DNA from: Chiloscyllium plagiosum | Lineage: Eukaryota | Length of the DNA: 64,000 bases | Direction of reading: 5' to 3' | NCBI RefSeq assembly: GCF_004010195.1 | Contig: NC_057718.1 | Coordinates: forward strand, 2,490,996 to 2,554,995 | Shown: in pieces, positions 10,956-23,994 of the stretch | Layout of the letters: each line of letters begins with the position of its first letter | Numbering within the stretch: the stretch's first letter is position 1 | Position numbers and translations under genes: made by a program | The notes under the pieces: model-generated | What the model saw: only the letters and a program-made list of their open reading frames with translations | Database searches by the model: none | Told to the model about the DNA's origin: nothing

Positions 10956-12247
10956 CAATGATGGGCTCTAGATATAGAATGGGTTGTAAGATTAAGTGTG
11001 AGGAGGACTCAAAGAGACAAATTTGACACCGTAAGACTATAAGATACAGGAGCAAATTAAGTTTTCAGCCCATTGAGTCTCCTCTGCCATTCGATTATGG
11101 CTGATACGTTTCTCTCCTCCATTCTCCTGTCTTTCCCTGTAATCCTTGATCTTCTTACCAATCAAGAACCTCTGTTTTAAATACAGGCAATGTCTTGGCC
11201 TCCACAGCCTTCTGCTCCAATGAGTTCCATACATTCAACACCCTCTGGGTGCAGAAATTCCTCCTCATCTCAGTTATAGTTCTCAAAGGTCAACCCTTCA
11301 CTGAGGTTGTGCCCTTGGGTCCGAGTATCTCCATTAGGGAAACATCTTCTCTTTGTCCCCTCTATCCAGGCCTCTCTGCATTCTGTAAGTTTCAACCAGA
11401 TCTCTCCCCTTCTAAACTCCATCAAGTGCAGATCCAGAGTCCTCATCCCCAGGATTGTTTTTGTAAACCTCTTTAAGGCCAGCATATCCTTCCTTAGGTA
11501 TGGAGGCCAAATGTCTGACCAGAGCCTTCTATAGTCTCAGCAATGCATCTCTGCTCTTGGATTCTTGCCCTCTTGAAATGAATGTGAACATTGCATTTGC
11601 CTTCCTAACTGCCAATTGAACCTGCAGGTTAACCTGAAGAGAATTCTGAACAAGGACTCCTAAGTCTCTTTGTGCTTCCGATTTCTGAAGTCTTTCTACA
11701 ATCAGAAAATAGTCTATGCCTCTATTCTTCCTTCCAAAGTGCATAATCTCTCACTTTCTCACATTGTGTTCTATTTGTCACTTCTTTGCCCACTCTCCCA
11801 GCCTGTCCAAGTCCTTCTACAGCCTCCCCGATTCCTCAATACCACCTGTCGTTCCACTTATCTTTGTGTCATCTGCAAACTTAGTAATAATGCTTTCAGT
11901 TCTTTTGTCCAGATCTCTAATGTTGTGGTCCCAACATTGACCCCTGTGGAACTCCATGAGTCACCAGGTGTCCTGCTGAAAAAGACCCCTTTATCCTCAC
12001 TCTTCGCTTTCTGCCAGTCAGCCAATCCTCTATCCATGCCTGTACCTTGCCCCTAACACTATGGGACTCTTATCTTATTTAACCGCCTGCTGTGCAGCAC
12101 CTTGAAAAAGGCCTTCTAGAAATCTAAATAGATCACATCCACTGGCTCTCCTTTGTCTAACTTGCTCATTAACTCAGCAAAGAATCCTAACTGATTTGTC
12201 AGGCATGGCCTCTCCTTAACAAAGCCATATTGACTATTTTACAGCCA

Positions 12248-13030
12248 AATGTGTGGTGCTGGAAAAGCACAGCAGGTCAGGCAGCATCCGAGGAGCAGGA
12301 AAATCAGCATTTTTGGCAAAAGCCTTCATCACTAATGAGGCTGGGAGCCTCAGGGGTGGAGAGATATGTGGGAGAGGGGTGGGGCTGGGGGGAAGGTAGC
12401 TGAGAGTGCAGTAGGTGGATGAAGGTGGGGTAAAGGTGATATTATCCTCCCCACCCCTATCCGCTTTCCTGCGAATAGCTGGTCAGGTCCGTGCCCCCTA
12501 ACAACCCACCGTCCCCTCCTGGTACCTTCCCCTGCCGCCACAGGAATTGCAAACATTGCGCCCACACCTCCCCCCTCACTTCCATCCAAGGCCCCAAAGG
12601 AGCCTTCCACATCCATCAGAGTTTCATCTGCACTTCCATACACATCACCTACTCTATCCGTTGCTCCCGATGCAGTATCCTCTACATTGGGGAGACAGGA
12701 CACTTACTCACAGAGTGCTTCAGAGAGCATCTCCGGGACACCCACACCAACCAACCCCACCCCGTCTTCGCTGAACACTTTAACTCCCCCTCCCAGTTCG
12801 CCAACAACCTGCAGGTCCTGGGCCTCCTTCATCACCACACTCTAACCACCCAACGCCTGGCGGAAGGACACCTCATCTTCCGCCTCGGGACTCTTCAACC
12901 CCAGGGCATCAACGTGGACTTCACCAGTTTCCTCATTTCCCCTCCCTCCTCGGATGCTGCCTGACACGCTGTGCTTTTTCAGCACCACACTCTTGGCTCT
13001 AATCTCCGGCATCTGCAGTCCTCACTTTCT
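12248..13030 (+). mobile_element. Penelope-like element: GIY-YIG endonuclease fragment with inverted terminal repeats
   Basis: ORF 12491-12964 has PGTFPC..CKHC..CTS..YSIRCSRCSILYIGETG...FREH..HFN..E..LIFRLGTLQPQGIN (Penelope GIY-YIG). The terminal repeat is inverted at 12248-12440 versus 12946-13030. Confidence 0.88.
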
Positions 13031-14199
13031 CCACCCTTTTTTGCCAGGCACTTCCAAGTACGCCAATCTCATCATTAGTAATAGATTCTAAAATCTTACC
13101 AATGACTAAGGTTTAAAGGCATGTTAACGTGTCGTTAATTTCTAGTTTCCTGTTTTCTGCCTTCTTTCCTTTTTAAACAGAGTTATTACATTAGCTACTT
13201 TCCAGTCGTCTGGGATCTTCCCTGACTCTAATGTTTCCTGAAAGGTCACTACCAATACCTCCACAATCTCCTCAGCCATCTCCTTCAAACCCTGAGGATA
13301 GTTCTTCCGGGGTGGGGTCTGGGTGATTTATCCTCCTTCAAACGTTTCAGCTCACCCAGTACCTCCTCCTTAGTGCTGGCTACTACACTTGCCTCTGCAC
13401 CCTGATTCTCTTTAAGTTCTGGTATGCTGTTGGGATTTTCCACTGTGAAAACTGATGCAAAGTACCTATTTAGTTCCTCTGTCATTTCTTAGTTTCCCCA
13501 TTACTATTTCTCCAGCCTCATTTTCCTGTGGTCCAATATCCACTCTTGCCTCTCTCTTACCTTTTAGATGTCTAAAATAAACATCTTGCATTCTTATGTC
13601 TCATGAGATAGCTCAGTGTCATATTTCATCTTGTCTCCCCCCTTATTGCTACTTTAGTTGTCCCGTGCTGATTTTTAAAGGCTGCCCAATCCTCTGGCTA
13701 TGCACTAATCTTCACCATATTGTATGCTTTCTCTTTTGCTTTTATGCTGATTTCCTGGCTTCCCTCATCAGCCATGGTTGTCTCATTCCCCCCTTAGCTT
13801 GTTTCTTCTTCCTTGGGATGAATCTCTGCTGTGCCTCCCAAATTACCCCCAGAAACCCCTGCCATTGCTAGCCTGCCATCTTCCCTGCCAGGGTCCCTCT
13901 TTCAAACAATTCTGATCAGCTCCTCCCTCATGTCTTTGTAGTTATCTTTACTCAACTGTAATCCCGTTACATCTGATTCCAGCTTCTCCCTCTCAAACTG
14001 TAGGGGGAATGTGATCATACTATGGTCACTGACCCCTAGGGGTTCCCTTCACTTTAGGCTCCCTAATCATGTCTGCCTCATTACATATCACCGAATCCAG
14101 ACCTGCCTGTTCCCTCGTGGGATCTACCACAAGCTGCTCCAAAAACCATCTTGTAGGCATTCCACAAATTTCTTTTCTTGAGATCTGCTACCAACCCTG

Positions 14200-14550
14200 G
14201 GGAGGCAATGACTTAGTGGTATTATTGTTGAACTGTTAATCCAGAGACCACGATGATGTTCCACGAACCTGGATTCAAATCCCGCAATGGTAGGTGGCGA
14301 AGTTGAATTCAATAAAAATCTGGAATTAGGTGTCTACTGATTACCATGAATCCATTGTTGATTGTCGGAAAAACTAATCTGGGTCACTAATGCTCTGTAG
14401 GGAAGGAAACTGCCATCCTTACCTGGTCTGGCCTACATGTGACTCCAGACCCCCAGCAATGTGAGTGCCCCTTTAACTGCAGTCTGGGAAATTAGGGATG
14501 GGCAATAGATGCTGGCCCAGATAGCAATGCTCTCAGCCCATGAAGGAATA
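14200..14550 (+). mobile_element. tRNA-derived SINE (Deu/SacSINE-like; family name tentative)
   Basis: A/B-box-like head, central AGGGAAGGAAACTGCCATCCTTACCTGGTCTGGCCTACATGTGACTCCAGACC, tail TAGGGATGGGCAATA.ATGCTGGCC. Multiple copies in the window. Confidence 0.75.
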
Positions 14551-15184
14551 TTTTTAAAAAACTGATTTTCCCAGTCCCTGTGATTCCTGTGATAGTAAAT
14601 AAAAACTGAAAGACCTGCGGATGCTGTAACTCAGAAACTAAAACAGAAGATGCTGGAATAGCTCAGCAGGTCTGGCAATAGCTGTGGAGAGCAATCCGAG
14701 TTCTGAGGATGGGTCACCCGACTTGAAACATTAACTCTGATTTCTCTTCACAGAAGCTGTCAGACTTACTGAGCTTTTCCAGCAACTTCTGTTTTGATTA
14801 CAGTAATAGTGCCTTTCTTACCCACCCTTTATATCTTCTGATTTCTTTTCTTCCCCACATCCTGACCAATGCTGGGAGGCCTGTACGTAACTCCCATCAG
14901 GGAGTACAGACCTGTACATAACTCCCTGTGTCCTCAACTCCACCCACACAGATTCTACACCTTCTCACCCTATATTGCTTCTTGTTAACGATTTAATTCC
15001 TTACGAACAGAGCAACCCACCTCCTCTTTCCTTTCGATGTGATGTGTATCCTTGGATATTCAGTTCCCAATTCTAATCCACTTGCAGCCACGTCTCTGTG
15101 ATATCCACAGCATTATACCTGCCAATTTCAATCTGTGCTGCAAGCTCATTTCCCTTGTTTTGGATACTCTGTGAATTTAAGTAT

Positions 15185-16642
15185 TATGCGCAATTCTGGT
15201 CTCCTTCCTAGTGAACGGATTCAGAAAAGATTTACAAGGATGTACCAAGGTTGGAGCATTTGAGCTATAGGGAGAGGCTGAATAGGCTGGGCTGTTTTCC
15301 CTGGAGCATTGATGTTAAGGGGTGACCTTATAGAGGTTTATAAAATCATGAGGGCATGGACAGTGTAAATAGACAAGGCTTTTTACATGGGAAATCATGT
15401 CTTATTAACTTGATTGAATTTTTTTGAAGAAATAATTAAGAGGATTGATGAGGGCAGAGCTGTGGACATGATCTATATAGATTTCAGTAAGGTGTTTGAC
15501 AAGGTTCCTAAAGGTAGACTGGTTAGCAAGGTGAGATCGCATGAAATACAGGGAGAACTAGCTATTTGGATATAGAACTGGCTTGAAGGAAGAAGACAGA
15601 GGGTGGAGAGTTGGAGGGTTGCTTTTCAGACTGGGAACGTGTGACCAGTGGTGTGCCACAAGGATCGGTGATGGGCCCAATGCTTTTTGTCATTTATGTA
15701 AATGATATCGATGTGGATATAGGAGGTATAGTTAGTAAATGACACCAAAATTTAAGGCATAGTGGACAGTAAAGAAGGTTACCTCACAATACAACAGGAT
15801 CTGGATCAGATGGCCAATGAGCTGAGGAGTGACAGATAGAATTTCGATAAATCTGAGGTGCTGCATTTTGGAAAGGCAAATCAGGGCAGGACTATACACT
15901 TAATGATAAAGTCCTGGGGAGTGCTGCTGAACAAAGAAACCTTGGAGTGCAGGTTCATAGTTGCTTGAAAGTGGAGTCCCAGGTTGACAGGATAGTGAAG
16001 AAGATATTGGGTGTGCTTGCCTTTATTAGTCAGTGCATTAAGTATAGGAGTTGAGAGGTCATGTTGCGGCTGTACAGGACAATGATTAGGCCACTTTTGG
16101 AATACTTCCTGCAATTTTGGTCTCCCTGCTATAGGATGTTGTGAAACTTGAAAGAGTTCAGACAAGATTTACAAGGATGTTGCCGGCATTGGAGGGCCTA
16201 AGCTGTACGGAGAGGTTGAATAGGCAGGGGCAATTTTCCCTGGAGCGTCGGAGGCTGAGGGGTGACCTTATAGACTTTTATAAAATCATGAGGGGCATGG
16301 ATAGGGTAAGTAAGTAAACAAAGTCTATTCCCTGGGGTGGGGGAGTCCAAAGCTAGAAGGCATACATTTAAGGTGAGAGGAGAAAGATTTGAAAGGGACG
16401 TGAGGGATAATGTTTTATTACAGAGGGTCGTGCATGTATGGAATGAGCTGCCAGAGGAAGTGGTGGAGGCTGGTACAATTGCAACATTTAAAAGGCATCT
16501 TGATGGGTATATGAATAAGAAGAGTTTAGAGGGATATGGGTCAATTGCTGGCAATGGGACTAAATTAATTTAGGATTTCTGGTCGGCATGGATAAGTTGG
16601 ACCGAAAGTTCTGTTTCCATGCTGTACATCTCAATGACTCTA
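15185..16642 (+). mobile_element. CR1-like LINE fragments (RT domain to 3' tail)
   Basis: Degenerate [20 protein letters not shown] and RRLRGDL motifs, RVVHVWNELPEEVVEAG, ending CATGCTGTACATCTCAATGACTCTA. Confidence 0.85.
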
Positions 16643-17409
16643 TCGTAGCTATTACGAGGCAATAAATTTACAGTTTACCTGTGAGGTCACTGATTTGAAC
16701 TTGGTTGCTCATCCTGGGTTTCCGTCTAACCTGTTGTTAAAACCTTACAAAATGACTCCCACTGAGTGCTATTCATACCCCTTGGCTACTGATCCCCTCC
16801 CCAGCCACCTTTCCTCCCCCAACCCCTTCCCCTTTGACCTCCCACTACCCTACAATACCTGCTCCCTTCCTCCCTCAATCTGGCCTAGGTGCCAGGGTGA
16901 TCCTGGGCCTTGGGTGAGTGTAACAGGCAGCAGCTCCTCAGAGGCTGTGCCCAATGAGTAGGTGCTGTCCTCTGGGTCCCCCCTCTTGACAGGTGGGATC
17001 ACCAAACACCCCCCACCCCACCATAGGCTACTTGGTTATAATTTTACAAGGCCTCCTTAGAGAAATCAGTCCTGCCAATGAGACCCCACAACATACACTC
17101 AAACCCACCTGAAATATCCCTAAACCAGATGTCTTGGGGTTATGTGAGCTCACAAAATATTGGCAGGTGGAGTTTAATTTGGGAATAAATGAGGTTGTGC
17201 ACTTTGAAGGGTCAGAGTGAAAAGCAACCTATTATTTAAATGGAGACAGAATTCAGACCACTGCAGTACAAGGGGATCCTGTCATTGTACAACAATCATA
17301 AAAGGTTACCCTTAAAGGTACAGCAAATGATTAGGAAGGGAAATAGAATATTAACGCTTATTGCAAAATGTGTATGAAAGGAAGCAAAGCTGCAGCTGCA
17401 CAGGGCATC

Positions 17410-17699
17410 TTAGATTCCCTACAGCGTGGAAGCAGGCCCTTCTACACTGATCCTCCAAAGAGTAACCCACCCAGACCCATTTTCCTCTGACTAATGCACC
17501 TAATGCTATGGGCAATTTAACATGACCAATTGACCTGGCCTGCACATCTTTGGACCATGGGAGGAAACCAGAGCACCCAGAGAAAACCCATGCAGACACG
17601 GGGAGAATGTGCAAACTCCACACAGACAGTCACGCGAGCCTGGAATCAAACCTGGGACCCTGGTGCTGTGAGGCAGCAGTGGTAGCCACTGTGCCACCC
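17410..17699 (-). mobile_element. HE1-type V-SINE, near full length
   Basis: Reverse complement of the tRNA-like head GTGGCACAGTGG..CACTGCTGCCTCACAGCACCAGGGTCCCAGGTTTGATTCC, plus V-domain and tail. Confidence 0.88.
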
Positions 17700-17884
17700 T
17701 ATGAAAGTGCACTCTCCGAGAGTGCACTTCAAGTATCTGAAGCAGCTTTGGCCGTCATCTTTAAAGAGGGATGTACTTGTATTGGATCCAATTCAGTGAA
17801 AATTTGCCAGACTCATTCCAGAGAAGAAGGTCAATTTTGTCTTATGAGGCTGGGCCTATGTTCATTGGAGTTTAGAAAAAAAGA

Positions 17885-18022
17885 GAAAAATCACACAACG
17901 GCAGGTTATAGTCCAACAGGTTTATTTGAAAGTACAAGCTTTCGAAGCACTGATCCTTCATCAGGTAACTAGTTAACTTTTTAACTTTGTCCACCTCAAT
18001 CCAACACCAGCACCTCCACATC
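17885..18022. mobile_element. Penelope-like terminal repeat (third family) with hammerhead core on the minus strand at 17936-17964
   Basis: The reverse strand reads CTGATGA-A-GGATCAGTGCTTC-GAAAG-CTT. A related inverted pair is at 55485-55660. Confidence 0.55.
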
Positions 18023-18729
18023 ATAGAAAAAAGAGACATGACTTTATTGAAAAGCATAAGATTCTGAGGTGACTTTGCAGTGTGGATGTTGGGAGGATGT
18101 TTCCCTTCATTGGTGAATAGTCTAGAACTAGGGACACTGTTTAACCATAAAGAGGTGGAGATGAGGAGGAATCTCTTCTCTCAGAGAGTCAGTAGTCTGT
18201 GGAATTCCCTTCCCAGAGAGTGGTGGAGGCAGCATTGCTGAATACTGTACACTTAAGGATGAGGTAAAGAGATTTTTGAATGAGTCAAGGTAAAAAGAAG
18301 GCTGACAGAAAGTGGAATTCAGCCACAATTATATTGAATGGCGAAGCAGGGTCAATGGGCTGAATGGCCTACTCTTGCTTAATTTACACAATCATAAGAG
18401 CTGAAGATGTGCAGCGACATCAGGAGGTGTAGTCTCAGGTGACCCATTGTTTTGGAGTTATGTACAGAGCCATAGGGGCTAGGAATCACCTTCATAAGAC
18501 CTGTACCTGCCAGAATCTCCTGGGAGATGGCTCTCAGTAATGCAGGAAGGGAGAGACCTCTGTCACCGAGTGAATGATCACACTGTAAGCTGATGTGTGT
18601 AATTCTCCAGTGATCTGGTGAGTCAGACCTTGTCAACTGGATGGAAGGATGACTATGTGAGTGAACTGATACCCCCGTGTTGGGTAGGGGTTGCAGAGGA
18701 ATGTAGGCAGTTTAAATAAACCAGGGAAT

Positions 18730-19068
18730 ACAGTGGCTCAATGGTTAGCACTGCAGCCTCACAGTGCCAGGTACTCAGGTTTGAGCCCAGCCTCGGGCAA
18801 CTGGCTGTGTGGAGTTTGCACATTCTGTGTGGGTTTCATTTGCATGCTCCAGTTTCCTCCCACAGTTGAAAGATGTGCAGGTTAGGTGGATTGGCCATGC
18901 TAAATTGTCCATAGTGTTCAGTAAAGTGTAGGTTAGGTACATTCATCAGGGGAAATGTAAAGTAATAGGGTATGGGAATGGGTCAGAGTGGAATACTCGT
19001 TGGTGGGTTGCTGTGGACTTGTTGGATCAAATGGCCTGTTTCCACACTGTAGGGATTTTATGATTCTA
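18730..19068 (+). mobile_element. HE1-type V-SINE
   Basis: GTGGCTCAATGGTTAGCACTGCAGCCTCACAG head, V-domain and GGCCTGTTTCCACACTGTAGGGA tail. Confidence 0.85.
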
Positions 19069-19599
19069 AATGAGAAACATTTTGACCAACTGAATATTAT
19101 GTGAGGAAGTGTGAGGTTATCTACTTTGAATCTGAGAAATAGAAACTGGAAACATTTCGTCAAAGCAACAGACTCAGAGCTGCGGACAATCACTAAGCTT
19201 CAAGTGATTGTTGATGCTCATACAGAACATAATCTAAATGGTTCATGACCTTAAGGGGAGCAAGTTATTCATCGGTCATCTTATGCTTTGTCCACATTTG
19301 GAGTCACTGTTCAATTCTGGACACCACCCTAACAGAAAGGACAAATTACAGACTCACCGAAATGCCATAGTGGGCTGAAGGCTTGTTGTACCAATGGGCT
19401 GCAGAGATGATTCTTGAGTACTCACTCTTGAGTAGTGATCCCATGCAGGACTTTTAAATAAAAACTGAAATTGTTGGAGAAACTCAGGAGACCCTCAGTG
19501 GTAGTGTCCTTACCCCAGACTGGGAGTCCTGGGTTCAAGTCCCACCTACTCCAGAGGTGTGTCATAACATCGCTGAACAGGTTGATTGGAAAAATAGAT

Positions 19600-20590
19600 T
19601 GGAGAAACTCAGCTTGTCTGGCAGCATATGTAGACAGAAAGAATTGGAGTTAATGGAAGAGTTAGCTGATAATCAGCCAAGAGAGGGGGAGAGATAACTG
19701 CTCACTGGGATGTTGACAAGAACTGGAAAGGTTTGAAACCGGGTTGTCTGAGCTGGGAGTAAGCCATACAGGATAGGACCTTGGGGTGTGGGAGGAAGGT
19801 GAGGAACATAGAGGGGGGAGTTCATGCTCTGAGATTGTTCTACTCAATGTTGAGACCTGAAGGCTGTAACATACAATTTTCCTCCACTTCACTCAATCTT
19901 GTCCACTATATTCATTGCTCACCATATGGCTTTCTCTGCATAGGGAGTCAAATCACAGACTGGGCGACCGCTTTGCAGAACACCCACGTTTTGACCACAG
20001 AAATGACCCTGAACTTCCAGTTGCCTGTCACACGCTACTGTGATACCCCACCAACATCTCTGCCTCGAGCTTGCTGCGGTGCTCCAGTCAGCCTCATTGT
20101 AAGCTGGAAGAACAGCATCTCATCTTCCACCACAGTATATTGCAGCCTTCAGGATTCAACACTGAGTTGAACAATTTCAGAGCATGAACATCCTCCTCTA
20201 TGTTCTTTACCCACCTCCCACACCATGAGGTTCTGTCCTGTGTGGGAGGTTACTCCCACCGCAACCAAACCCAGTTTCAACCCTGTATACTTCTCATTAG
20301 CACTCACTCAGCACTTAGCTCTCTTTTTTGGCTTATCATTAGCCATCTGTTTGTTTGCCTCACCCTTTGTTTCAGTATCCCTCCAGCCACCATCTCCATG
20401 TCCCCTATTTATTTCCCCTCACCATCTCTGTTACCAGGAGAAATATCACCTCCTCCAGTGCTTTCTGTTCTGAAGAGAGGTCAGTGGATTCAAAATGTTG
20501 ATTGTGCTTCTTTCTCCAGACTTACTGAGTTTCTTCAACAATTTCTGTTTCTGTTTCCGATTTCCAGCTTTAGCAGTTCTTTGTTTTTAG
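19600..20590. mobile_element. Old Penelope-like element with internal inversion and GIY-YIG remnant
   Basis: 19662-19870 is the reverse complement of ~20140-20350. The remnant NLVHYIHCSPYGFLCIG resembles GIY-YIG, and there is a terminal repeat at 20465-20590. Confidence 0.6.
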
Positions 20591-20974
20591 ATTAAGGTGC
20601 TTTAAATAATCAGGATAGACATGGAGACAATTTCCTCTGTTTGGGTAGTCCATATTGGATTGAACTTCACCCCACACAGAGTGGTGTGGAAATCTGGAGC
20701 CTTCTCTCCCATAGTGCTGGTGATGACGCTTGCAGGAAGTGCTTAAGACCAGGGTAGGTTCTCATTGTGAAGGCACACAGAACAAAAGCTGGATGGGGGT
20801 GATGCTAAGACCAAGTCCTCACTGATGGAGCAGGCTGTGGGAAAGAATGGCCTCTATCTGATGCTGTTGGCATACTGGCACAAAATGGCTTTTATCGAGG
20901 GAATGGGTTTGGCATTTTAAATAAATGGAAGAAGATGTAGAATTTGGCAGGAAAGTGGGATTGACATCGGCGAT

Positions 20975-21955
20975 GCTGGTTAAACACTTTATTAAACATT
21001 AACGATCTAGATGAAAGAACTGAGGGCATTCTGGCTACGTTTGCAGATGATACAAAGATATGTAGAGGGACAGGTAGCATTGAGGAGGCAAGGAGACTGC
21101 AGAAGGATTTGGACAGGTTAGGAGAGTAGGCAAAGAAGTGGCAGGTAGAGTGGGAAAATGTGAGGTCATGCACTTTGGTAGGAAGAATAGAGGCAAGGAC
21201 TATTTTTTAAATGTGGCGAAACGTCAGAAGTCTGAGGTGCAAAGAGACTTGGGCATTCTAGTCCAGGATTCTCTCATGTAAAATTGCAGGTTGAGTCAGT
21301 AGTTAGGAAGGCAAATGCGTTGATGGCATTTAGTTTGAGAGGACTTGAATATAAAAGCAGGGATGTACTTCTGAGGCTCTATAAGGTTTTGGTCAGATCA
21401 CATTTGGAGTATTGTGTGCAGTTTTGGGCCCCACATCTCAGGAAGGATGTATTGGCCTTGGAGCATGTTCAGAGGATGTTCACGAGAATGGTCCTTAGAA
21501 TGAAAAGCTTAACACATAAGGAATGTTTGAGGGCTCTGGGTTTATACTCGATCGAGTTTAGAAGGATGAGGGGGGATGTTATTGAAACATGCAGAATACT
21601 GAATGGCATGGACAGAGCGGATGTTGGGAAGATGTTTCCATTGGTAAGAGAGGCTAGGACCTGAGGGCACAGCCTTAGTGTAAAGGGAAGACCTTTTAGA
21701 ACAGAGATAAGGAGAAACGTCTTCAGTTAGAGAGTGGGGAATCTGTGGAATTCACTGCCGCAGAAGGCTGTGGAGGCCAGGTCATTGAGTATATTTAAGA
21801 CTGAGATAGATAGGTTCTTGAATATCAAGGGGATCAAGGGTTATGGGGAGAAAGTGGGAGAATGGGGTTGAGAAACCTAACAGCCATGATTGAATGGTAG
21901 AGTAGACTCGATGGGCTGACTGCCCTAATTTCTGTTCCTATGTCTCATGGTCTTA
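20975..21955 (+). mobile_element. CR1-like LINE (RT FADD motif to 3' UTR)
   Basis: FADDTK, RKANALMAF..LYKVLVRSHLEYCVQFWAP..RRMRGDVIE motifs. Confidence 0.88.
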
Positions 21956-22149
21956 AACAGTCAGAATGAGCAATGTAATGATGAACCCAAATAGTAATGA
22001 ATTCAATGAATCTTTGTGGAATGGGTTGGGGGACCTGAAGGGGGGGGGGGATGTGGGGAGGCCAGCAGGTGGAGGTTATCGAGGTGGGTGTGTCATCAGG
22101 TCATTTTATACTTGTTTGTTTATCTCTTTCTCTCTGTCAGGTGGTCCAA

Positions 22150-23235
22150 ATGGTTTGTGAAATGAAACTGAAGAATTCCCTTGGCAGCCATGTGGTTGGT
22201 GGTATCCTAGAGAGACTGAATGCCATCACCATCAACCCCCAGCACATCCTGGAGGAGATTCTACCAAGGGTGCCCAGCACCGTGACTGACAATGACGTGC
22301 CCATGCTCTTCCGGGAGCCCTACATCCACAGTGGCTATCGGAAGGTGGAGCAGGATTGGAAATACTACCTTCTCAGCCTCTTCCAGCAACACAATGAGGC
22401 ACTCAATGTCTGGACTCACCTGCTGGCTGTTCTGGTGCTTGTGGTCCGTTTCCGAGCATTCCTGGAGACAACCTCGCCATTCCCCACCGTCTACAGCCTC
22501 CCACTTTGCTTCTTCGTGGTTGCCTGTGTCACCTACCTGTCCTGCAGTGTGCTAGCCCATCTCTTCCAGTCCAAGTCGGAGCTTGCCCATTACTCTTTCT
22601 ACTTCCTGGACTATGTGGGTGTGGGTGCTTACCAATATGGCAGTGCCCTGGCACATTACTATTATTGCATGGAGCCTGAGTGGCACCAGGTGATTCACCC
22701 ATTCTTCCTGCCCATTGCTGCCATCCTGGGCTGGCTCTCCTGCTTAGGCTGTTGTTTCTCCAAAGTCCACTTTCAGCGACCTTACCCCATCACCCGGAAG
22801 GTGTGCCAGATGGTGCCCGCCTTTCTGGCCTACCTCCTGGACATCAGCCCCATTGTCCACCGGATTGCCACCTGCTGGGTACGGGGCTGCACTGACCATG
22901 CTGTCTGGTACCACACCTGGCAGATCATCCTGTTTGTCATTGCTTCCGGCTTCTTCTCTTACCCAATGCCAGAGAAGTATTTCCCGGGAAGGTTCGACAT
23001 TGTGGGGCATGGCCACCAGATCTTCCACGTGTTCCTGTCCCTCTGCACGCTAGCTCAGCTGGAGGCTGTGTTGTTGGACTACAGCAACCGGCGGGAGATG
23101 TTCTCCACCCGGGGGGATGAGCGCATGGTCTATATCTCGTGCATGAACTTCATCGTGCTGATCGCCTGCAGCGGCAGCTCAGCCATCTACCTGAGGAGAA
23201 TAGTCAAAAACAAGCTGCACAAAAAAGGGGACTGA
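22150..23235 (+). CDS. PAQR8: Membrane progestin receptor beta (PAQR family member 8), single coding exon
   Basis: ILERL..P..PSTV...DVP.LFREPYI.SGYR, HNEALNVWTH, SKSELAHYSFYFLDYVG, LDISPIVHR and PEKYFPG.FDIVGHGHQIFH all align with PAQR8. A polypyrimidine/AG acceptor ends at 22140, the first in-frame ATG is at 22150 (alternative 22162), and the stop is TGA at 23233-23235. Syntenic with MCM3. Confidence 0.93.
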   Translation: MVCEMKLKNSLGSHVVGGILERLNAITINPQHILEEILPRVPSTVTDNDVPMLFREPYIHSGYRKVEQDWKYYLLSLFQQHNEALNVWTHLLAVLVLVVRFRAFLETTSPFPTVYSLPLCFFVVACVTYLSCSVLAHLFQSKSELAHYSFYFLDYVGVGAYQYGSALAHYYYCMEPEWHQVIHPFFLPIAAILGWLSCLGCCFSKVHFQRPYPITRKVCQMVPAFLAYLLDISPIVHRIATCWVRGCTDHAVWYHTWQIILFVIASGFFSYPMPEKYFPGRFDIVGHGHQIFHVFLSLCTLAQLEAVLLDYSNRREMFSTRGDERMVYISCMNFIVLIACSGSSAIYLRRIVKNKLHKKGD

Positions 23236-23697
23236 GGGATGAGATGTGGGCCCCAGTCTCCACTCTGGGTTTCCTGGAGGATTTGTCTGGATCTCGAACA
23301 GAAGCTCATGATTTTGATTTGAATATAAGCAGATCTCAAGGCTCCAGGCCAACCCCTGGGTCTTGTTTGTATTCATTTGTTAGTGGAGTCTTGTCCGGGA
23401 GGGAACTGCGGTCCCTACGACTGAGGGGACATGTGTGAGGGATGGGGTGGGGGGAGTCTGTCTGACCTGCAAAGGTGAGGGTCTCCTGTCTCATTCTGTG
23501 GGGCTACACAAAGCTGGTGATGATACTGCCAGGTGGTCTCTCAGTTTGTTCAGCATCAGATGCCCCATCCCTTGGAAAAGCTCCTGTGTGTTAGTTGAAC
23601 ATCACAAATGGATTGAGAGGGTACCAGGAAAGACTGGCAGCAATAGAGTACACCAACAAAGCTAGAACTGCATAGGTGACTCTCATCCAGCAGTATC

Positions 23698-23942
23698 ATA
23701 GAATCCCTACTGGCCCAACAAGTTCACACTGACCCTCCAAAGAGTATCTCACCCAGACTCACACCCCTACCCTCATCATCCTGCATTCCCCATGGCCAAT
23801 CTACCTACCCTACATATCCCGGGAAATTATGGCCAATCCACTCATCCTGCACATCTTTGGACTGTGGGAGGAAACCGGAGCACCTGGAGGAAACCCACGC
23901 AGACACAGGGAGGATGTGCAAACTCTGCACAGACAGTCACCT
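23698..23942 (-). mobile_element. HE1-type V-SINE, 5'-truncated
   Basis: CTGCACATCTTTGGACTGTGGGAGGAAACCGGAGCACC..AAACCCACGCAGACACAGGG. Confidence 0.85.
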
Positions 23943-23994
23943 GAAAAGTTCAGGTATCCTAAAGGGGGTAAATGGCTAACTTTATATCAGTGTT

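Larger units (their letters stand above)
11035..15180 (-). mobile_element. Long decayed CR1-like LINE (endonuclease to RT to 3' UTR), interrupted by nested Penelope and SINE insertions
   Basis: Minus-strand motifs MHFGRKNRG..QRDLGVLV and EELNRYFASVFTVE..KEDKSP. Insertions at 12248-13030, 14200-14550 and ~14598-14795. Confidence 0.75.

Noticed and set aside
22051-22149. N-terminal 33 aa of the 394-aa PAQR8 ORF call
   Set aside because: Most of it lies upstream of a strong splice acceptor at 22140 (intronic), and it begins at a non-ATG codon.
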